A stretch of DNA of 64,000 nt from Nitrosopumilus sp. (lineage in GTDB: Archaea > Thermoproteota > Nitrososphaeria > Nitrososphaerales > Nitrosopumilaceae), in NCBI GenBank assembly GCA_965205215.1, contig OZ242041.1:640001-704000 (forward strand). The letters are read 5' to 3'. The notes below the pieces were generated by a model, which was given only the letters and a program-made list of their open reading frames with translations, ran no database searches and was not told the origin of the DNA. The translations under genes and the position numbers were made by a program. Positions 50,324-58,800 of the stretch are shown one piece after another (positions within the stretch are counted from its first letter, which is position 1; every line of letters starts with the position of its first letter).

Positions 50324-50662
50324 CGGTGTTCGACGGGGGGGGGGGGGTATAATAACCTTAACCAATAATTCGAGAAAATATGTACAAACATTAACTATTG
50401 GACAGATCAAATTGGCATATGTTTGGCAGCCTTTCTGCCGGGTACCGGGTGGGTTCTGGCCCCGAATGGGGATTTTTTGGATTACAAGGCGGCCGGATCT
50501 GCGGGTGTTGGCCGGTCCGGGGCCCTGCCGGTGCCCGGGCGCCCGACACCCGCGAGGCGCCCGCCGCGGGCGGCCTGCCGTGCGCCCCGGTTTTCACGGT
50601 ACATGGCAACCCCCCCACCGTCCTTCGGGAACGGTGCCGGATTCGGCATGATCCTGTCCGCT

Positions 50663-51064
50663 TCACGCGTCCGGCGGGCGAAGGAAAATCTGCTCGCGGA
50701 GCACCTGCCAGCGCCCGTCTTCGAAACGCCACTCGATGTTGCACAGGAGCTGCATCTCCTCGCCGCTCATTCCGCTGTGCCTTCGGGTCAGCACGCAGAC
50801 CGCGGTGTCGCCCAGGACATGGAAGTCGTGCCAGTCCGCCCACGTATTGAGCCGCGTCCTGCCCTCTTCGGCCTGCTTGCGGAAATGGGCGATGAATCCC
50901 CCCTTGTCATAGGTGGTTACGGTGCCGTCGGGCATCACCAGGGTCGTATGAAAGTCCCTGTGGTAGATGGCCTCCAGCGCGCCGACGTCGAAGTTGGTCG
51001 CGCGATCGATAAGGCGGTCCATTGCCGCGCGGATCGCCCCTGCCGTGTGGGTGGCGTCTGTCAT
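50663..51064 (-). CDS. NTF2/SnoaL-like (DUF4440-like) protein
   Basis: DVGALEAIYHRDF...DG....DK..F...GDTAV...WRFEDGRWQVLREQ. Confidence 0.82.
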   Translation of the reverse strand: MTDATHTAGAIRAAMDRLIDRATNFDVGALEAIYHRDFHTTLVMPDGTVTTYDKGGFIAHFRKQAEEGRTRLNTWADWHDFHVLGDTAVCVLTRRHSGMSGEEMQLLCNIEWRFEDGRWQVLREQIFLRPPDA

Positions 51065-51586
51065 GGCGTCAGTTCCCGCGGATCGCGGGCGCCGTATGAA
51101 AGTATCGACGCCCGGGCCGGCCGCGGCAGCTCCCCGCCGCGAGGATCCGTGCCCTTTTGGCGGGATCCCACGCCATCCCGGCTGCCTCGCCTGTCTCGCT
51201 CTTCGGCCCGGCGACGGTGCCCCTGAAGCATCCCCGGCATGCCCGCTCCGGGGGGCGGGGCGGGGGCGGGGCGGGGGCGGGGCGGGGGCGTCTGCAGCCC
51301 CCTGGCCGCATCGTCCGCCATCCGGCAGGTCTTCTGGGCCTCCGGCAACAGGTAGTCCGTCTCGGGGGCCGCTACGTCGGTGTATGTCCTGCGGAGCCAC
51401 TCAAACTCGGCCGGCCGGCCGGGATACGGCCGCGGGGGCCCGCTTCCGGACAGCATGGCGGTGCCCGCCCTCATCTCAGCCATGGCCGGGTCGACGGATG
51501 GGCGCCGAGTTCGTGCTTAATGCCTCTCTGAGACGGGGGCCGTTATTGGTTAGGTTGGGCACAAGGCCAAACTTTCTAGATCGCCA

Positions 51587-52426
51587 CTTGTGTAACCCCT
51601 CAGACATGATTGGCGCGACTGTCGCCGCACTTCCATTCCGTGCGCGGTTGGGTGGCCGGCGGTTTGTGGATTACACGGGGGGGGGGGGTGGCAGCTGCCG
51701 GGATCGGGCATCCCGCAGGATTGCCGCCGCCCCCGGCCCGCCCCCTTGATCTTGTTCAGCTTGCGCCGGTACATTGCCCCGTTGCGTGGCCCGTACGGTG
51801 TCCCGGTGCCGCGGACGCGCCCGGTCGGCACGCGGCACGCGTCTATCATGCCGGACCGGAGGGGCACCGCAAGCCTGCGCGCGTCCTCCCCGTCCGTCTT
51901 TTTTGCGCTCCCTGTGATCATCTTCAGCCTGTACGGGCTGGCCGGGGGATGCGCGCCCCCGCGTCCCCAAACGCCTCGTGCGTGGCACGCCACATGCCGG
52001 CGGCGGACACACAGACTGCCCCGCATCCTCCATTTTTCGCGCCGTACCTGCGCGCCATCCCCCGCGCCGCCCGTCCCGCGCCCCGCATCGCGTTGTGGTA
52101 CCGCCCACTCTCGACGGCCACCCCCCCCGGGATCCGGGGCGCAACAGTCGCGCTTTTTCTTGCTGATGTCGATTCCTGTGCTTGCGGTTGCTGCCATGCG
52201 CGCGTGTCCATTTTTTGTCCTCGCCTCCCCTAGAATGCCTGGTTTTAACTGAACGGAAGCTGCGGCCACCTATCGGGGGCGCGCAGCCCTGCCATGCAGC
52301 AGCCCGGATTGCCCCATTCGGGTCCGGGAGTGCGCGGCCTGGCCGTATTCCGTGCCCCGTGAGTCCGGAGGGGTCGCTCCACCACGCCCGTCACGACGGG
52401 GGGGGGGGGAGGTTGTCATCCAATCA
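51587..52426 (-). pseudogene. Decayed IS110 copy C (frameshifts, ~630-bp internal deletion, no IS5)
   Basis: Aligns to 40545-40638, 42032-42150 and 42780-43386. Confidence 0.88.
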
Positions 52427-52514
52427 GGTCCACGCCCGTCAAATCTCAAAATACCGACAAGCGGGCACGAGTTTTCGAGGGGCCTGAGCGCATACCGTGC
52501 GCGGTATGGTCTCA

Positions 52515-52731
52515 CGTCGGCACGTCTCGCGAATCGAGCGCATGCTAAGAACCGCCCCGGCATGTCGCGGCGGCAGCGGCGGCAGCAGAAGGCGCCGCCG
52601 CTGCAGCCCGCACCGGCCGCTCGGCGCCCCCCGGGCAGTCGTCGGGCGGCTTGAACATGTGCCAGTTCGGATCCTCGATCATGCGCTCCGCCGCCATGCG
52701 CGGGAGCATGCCCATCTTCTGGCACGTGCGC
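52515..52731 (-). pseudogene. Decayed 3' fragment of the IS66 transposase
   Basis: RTCQKMGMLPRMAAERMIEDPNWHMFKPPD aligns to 43390-43585. Confidence 0.85.
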
Positions 52732-52877
52732 AATCTAATTTATAAACATGTGAAATGGTTATTTGCTATGTTGCAGCGGAATGCAGTTTTTAGCCCTGCC
52801 TCTCCATGCGCGGCCGGCCATCCCGGCCCGCGTGCCATGCGCAGTGAGGCCTCTCGGGGGGGGGGGGGTGACTCCAT

Positions 52878-55800
52878 GTGACGGGCCGCGCCCATCATAT
52901 ACGGATTGCGGCGGCGGTGGTGGCCGCCGCGATGGCCGTTGCCGCCTCGGGGATCGCCGCCAACGACGCCTTTGCCGAGCCGGAGATAGATCTTGTCCCG
53001 CGGGACAGCGTGGCCGACAGCGACTTTACGTATCTTCAGGGGGCAAACCAGGTGGAGGTCTTTGTCCAAGGGAACAAGAGATACGCGGTGGTGGCCTCCA
53101 CCGACGAAAGCATACACCTGCTTGACATCACCGACCCTGCCAACATCAACGAGCTGCGCCACCCGAACCGGCAGCAGCAGAGCGGCAACAACAACTTCAA
53201 CAACGCCATCGGCGGCGAAACGGCCACCACGTACGTGGCCAACGACGGCAACCTCTACATCGTGCTGTCCTGGAGCACCAGTGACGCCATCCAGACGTTC
53301 CACATCCACGAGAACGGGCGGCTGGACGAGCTGGCCCATGTGGTGGACAGCTCCAAGATGGACCTCGCCACGGACCTGTTCGTATATTCGGTGGGGGGCA
53401 AGCATTACGCCGCCGTCGCGGCGAGCCTCTCGAACTCCCTCCGTATAGTGGACGTGACCGACCCGCGCAGCCTCGGCACCGCAGCCCTCAGGGGCCAGAT
53501 CACCGACAATGACGACATACTGCTTCAGGGCCCGTCGGGCGTCGCGCACTACCAGAAGGATGACCGGCACTACGCGGTGGTGGTGACAGATTCAGAGGAC
53601 AGCGTTCAGATTATCGACGTTACCAACCCGAACAGCCCCACCGCCGCCGGCAGCCTGAGGGACAACGGCGATCTCGAACTGAACGGGGCCGAGGACGTTG
53701 CCATATACGCGGTGGGGGACCGCACCTACGCCGTGGTGACCGGCAACACCGACGACGGCATCCAGATTGTGGACATCACCAACCCGAACAGCATCTTCCC
53801 CGCCGGCCAGCTGGAGGACGACCACAGCCTACTGCTGGACAACCCCCGGGGCGTGGCCGTCCATGCAATAGGTGACCGCCACTACGCGGTGGTGGCCTCC
53901 AGCGGCGACCACGGCATCCTGGTGGTGGACATCACCAACCCGCACAACCCCGTACCCAAGGCGAGCCTCGGCGACGGCCAAAGAGGCGCCGACGAGCTTT
54001 ATACCGCAACCGGCGTGGACACCTTCTCGATAGGAAACCGCCACTATGCAATAGTCGCGGCCAACAACGACAACGGCGTGCAGATGGTGGAGATGACCGA
54101 GGTGACCGCCGACGCCCGAGAAAGCCAGGCGGTGAGGGCCGGCCAAGCCGTCGTCCTGGACGGTTCGGCATCCGCCGTCTCCTCCGGCATGCCGCCCACG
54201 TACCAGTGGACCCAGACGGCCGGACCCACTGTCACCCTGCAGGACACCAACGCGGCGCGGCTCAACTTTACGGCCCCGAGCGGCCCCTCGACGCTAGTCT
54301 TTCAGCTGGCCGTAACGCACGGCGGCACCACCTCCACCGATGTCGTAACGGTGTCCGTCGCCCCGGACGCTGCCACACCGGTGGACAACACGGCGGTGGG
54401 CCTCACGCCGCGGGACAGCGTGGCCGACAGCGACTTTACGTATCTTCAGGGGGCAAACCAGGTGGAGGTCTTTGTCCAAGGGAACAAGAGATACGCGGTG
54501 GTGGCCTCCACCGACGAAAGCATACACCTGCTTGACATCACCGACCCTGCCAACATCAACGAGCTGCGCCACCCGAACCGGCAGCAGCAGAGCGGCAACA
54601 ACAACTTCAACAACGCCATCGGCGGCGAAACGGCCACCACGTACGTGGCCAACGACGGCAACCTCTACATCGTGCTGTCCTGGAGCACCAGTGACGCCAT
54701 CCAGACGTTCCACATCCACGAGAACGGGCGGCTGGACGAGCTGGCCCATGTGGTGGACAGCTCCAAGATGGACCTCGCCACGGACCTGTTCGTATATTCG
54801 GTGGGGGGCAAGCATTACGCCGCCGTCGCGGCGAGCCTCTCGAACTCCCTCCGTATAGTGGACGTGACCGACCCGCGCAGCCTCGGCACCGCAGCCCTCA
54901 GGGGCCAGATCACCGACAATGACGACATACTGCTTCAGGGCCCGTCGGGCGTCGCGCACTACCAGAAGGATGACCGGCACTACGCGGTGGTGGTGACAGA
55001 TTCAGAGGACAGCGTTCAGATTATCGACGTTACCAACCCGAACAGCCCCACCGCCGCCGGCAGCCTGAGGGACAACGGCGATCTCGAACTGAACGGGGCC
55101 GAGGACGTTGCCATATACGCGGTGGGGGACCGCACCTACGCCGTGGTGACCGGCAACACCGACGACGGCATCCAGATTGTGGACATCACCGACCCGCACG
55201 ACATCTTCCCCGCCGGCCAGCTGGAGGACACCCTCGCATCCGACATCCGGCTGGACAACCCCCGGGGCGTGGCCGTCCATGCAATAGGTGACCGCCACTA
55301 CGCGGTGGTGGCCTCCAGCGGCGACCACGGCATCCTGGTGGTGGACATCACCAACCCGCACAACCCCGTACCCAAGGCGAGCCTCGGCGACGGCCAAAGA
55401 GGCGCCGACGAGCTTTATACCGCGACCGGCGTGGACACCTTCTCGATAGGAAACCGCCACTATGCAATAGTCGCGGCCAACAACGACAACGGCGTGCAGA
55501 TGGTGGAGATGACCGAGGTGACCGCCGACGCCCGAGAAAGCCAGGCGGTGAGGGCCGGCCAAGCCGTCGTCCTGGACGGTTCGGCATCCGCCGTCTCCTC
55601 CGGCATGCCGCCCACGTACCAGTGGACCCAGACGGCCGGATCCACTGTCACCCTGCAGGACGCCAACACGGCGCGGCTCAACTTTACGGCCCCGAGCGGC
55701 CCCTCGACGCTAGTCTTTCAGCTGGCCGTAACGCACGGCGGCGCCACCTCCACCGATGTCGTAACGGTGTCCGTCGCCCCGGACGCTGCCACGTCGACGG

Positions 55801-58800
55801 GCGAGACGGCGGTGGGCCTCACGCCGCGGGACAGCGTGGCCGACAGCGACTTTACGTATCTTCAGGGGGCAAACCAGGTGGAGGTCTTTGTCCAAGGGAA
55901 CAAGAGATACGCGGTGGTGGCCTCCACCGACGAAAGCATACACCTGCTTGACATCACCGACCCTGCCAACATCAACGAGCTGCGCCACCCGAACCGGCAG
56001 CAGCAGAGCGGCAACAACAACTTCAACAACGCCATCGGCGGCGAAACGGCCACCACATACGTGGCCAACGACGGCAACCTCTACATCGTGCTGTCCTGGA
56101 GCACCAGTGACGCCATCCAGACGTTCCACATCCACGAGAACGGGCGGCTGGACGAGCTGGCCCATGTGGTGGACAGCTCCAAGATGGACCTCGCCACGGA
56201 CCTGTTCGTATATTCGGTGGGGGGCAAGCATTACGCCGCCGTCGCGGCGAGCCTCTCGAACTCCCTCCGTATAGTGGACGTGACCGACCCGCGCAGCCTC
56301 GGCACCGCAGCCCTCAGGGGCCAGATCACCGACAATGACGACATACTGCTTCAGGGCCCGTCGGGCGTCGCGCACTACCAGAAGGATGACCGGCACTACG
56401 CGGTGGTGGTGACAGATTCAGAGGACAGCGTTCAGATTATCGACGTTACCAACCCGAACAGCCCCTTCCCCGCCGGCAGCCTGAGGGACAACGGCGATCT
56501 CGAACTGAACGGGGCCGAGGACGTTGCCATATACGCGGTGGGGGACCGCACCTACGCCGTGGTGACCGGCAACACCGACGACGGCATCCAGATTGTGGAC
56601 ATCACCGACCCGCACGACATCTTCCCCGCCGGCCAGCTGGAGGACACCCTCGCATCCGACATCCGGCTGGACAACCCCCGGGGCGTGGCCGTCCATGCAA
56701 TAGGTGACCGCCACTACGCGGTGGTGGCCTCCAGCGGCGACCACGGCATCCTGGTGGTGGACATCACCAACCCGCACAACCCCGTACCCAAGGCGAGCCT
56801 CGGCGACGGCCAAAGAGGCGCCGACGAGCTTTATACCGCGACCGGCGTGGACACCTTCTCGATAGGAAACCGCCACTATGCAATAGTCGCGGCCAACAAC
56901 GACAACGGCGTGCAGATGGTGGAGATGACCGAGGTGACCGCCGACGCCGGAGGCGACAGGGCGGTGAGGGCCGGCCAAGCCGTCATCCTGGACGGTTCGA
57001 CATCCACCGCCTCCTCCGGCGCGACCCCCGCATACCAGTGGACCCAGACGGCCGGATCCACTGTCACCCTGCAGGACGCCAACACGGCGCGGCTCTTCTT
57101 TACGGCCCCGAACAGCCCCCTGACGCTAGTCTTTCAGCTGGCCGTAACGCACGGCGGCGCCACCTCCACCGATGTCGTAACGGTGTCCGTCGCCCCGGAC
57201 GCTGCCACGTCGACGGGCGAGACGGCGGTGGGCCTCACGCCGCGGGACAGCGTGGCCGACAGCGACTTTACGTATCTTCAGGGGGCAAACCAGGTGGAGG
57301 TCTTTGTCCAAGGGAACAAGAGATACGCGGTGGTGGCCTCCACCGACGAAAGCATACACCTGCTTGACATCACCGACCCTGCCAACATCAACGAGCTGCG
57401 CCACCCGAACCGGCAGCAGCAGAGCGGCAACAACAACTTCAACAACGCCATCGGCGGCGAAACGGCCACCACATACGTGGCCAACGACGGCAACCTCTAC
57501 ATCGTGCTGTCCTGGAGCACCAGTGACGCCATCCAGACGTTCCACATCCACGAGAACGGGCGGCTGGACGAGCTGGCCAGTGTGGTGGACAGCTCCAAGA
57601 TGGACCTCGCCACGGACCTGTTCGTATATTCGGTGGGGGGCAAGCATTACGCCGCCGTCGCGGCGAGCCTCTCGAACTCCCTCCGTATAGTGGACGTGAC
57701 CGACCCGCGCAGCCTCGGCACCGCAGCCCTCAGGGGCCAGATCACCGACAATGACGACATACTGCTTCAGGGCCCGTCGGGCGTCGCGCACTACCAGAAG
57801 GATGACCGGCACTACGCGGTGGTGGTGACAGATTCAGAGGACAGCGTTCAGATTATCGACGTTACCAACCCGAACAGCCCCACCGCCGCCGGCAGCCTGA
57901 GGGACAACGGCGATCTCGAACTGAACGGGGCCGAGGACGTTGCCATATACGCGGTGGGGGACCGCACCTACGCCGTGGTGACCGGCAACACCGACGACGG
58001 CATCCAGATTGTGGACATCACCAACCCGAACAGCATCTTCCCCGCCGGCCAGCTGGAGGACGACCACAGCCTACTGCTGGACAACCCCCGGGGCGTGGCC
58101 GTCCATGCAATAGGTGACCGCCACTACGCGGTGGTGGCCTCCAGCGGCGACCACGGCATCCTGGTGGTGGACATCACCAACCCGCACAACCCCGTACCCA
58201 AGGCGAGCCTCGGCGACGGCCAAAGAGGCGCCGACGAGCTTTATACCGCAACCGGCGTGGACACCTTCTCGATAGGAAACCGCCACTATGCAATAGTCGC
58301 GGCCAACAACGACAACGGCGTGCAGATGGTGGAGATGACCACCGTGACCGCCGACGCCCGAGAAAGCCATACGGTGAGGATCAACCAAGCCGTCGTCCTG
58401 GACGGTTCGGCATCCGCCGTCTCCTCCGGCGCGACCCCCGCGTACCAATGGAACCAGACGGCCGGACCCACTGTCACCCTGCAGGACACCAACGCGGCGC
58501 GGCTCTTCTTTACGGCCCCGAGCGGCCCCTCGACGCTAGTCTTTCAGCTGGCCGTAACGCACGGCGGCGCCACCTCCACCGATATCGTAACGGTGTCCGT
58601 CGCCCCGGACGCTGCCACACCGGTGGACAACACGGCGGTGGAACTTACGCCGCGGGACAGCGTGGCCGACAGCGACTTTACGTATCTTCAGGGGGCAAAC
58701 CAGGTGGAGGTCTTTGTCCAAGGGAACAAGAGATACGCGGTGGTGGCCTCCACCGACGAAAGCATACACCTGCTTGACATCACCGACCCTGCCAACATCA

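Noticed and set aside
52837-52881. Poly-G frameshift switch feeding the upstream ATG into the giant adhesin
   Set aside because: An in-frame TGA lies between the G-run and the GTG start, so no tract length fuses the frames.
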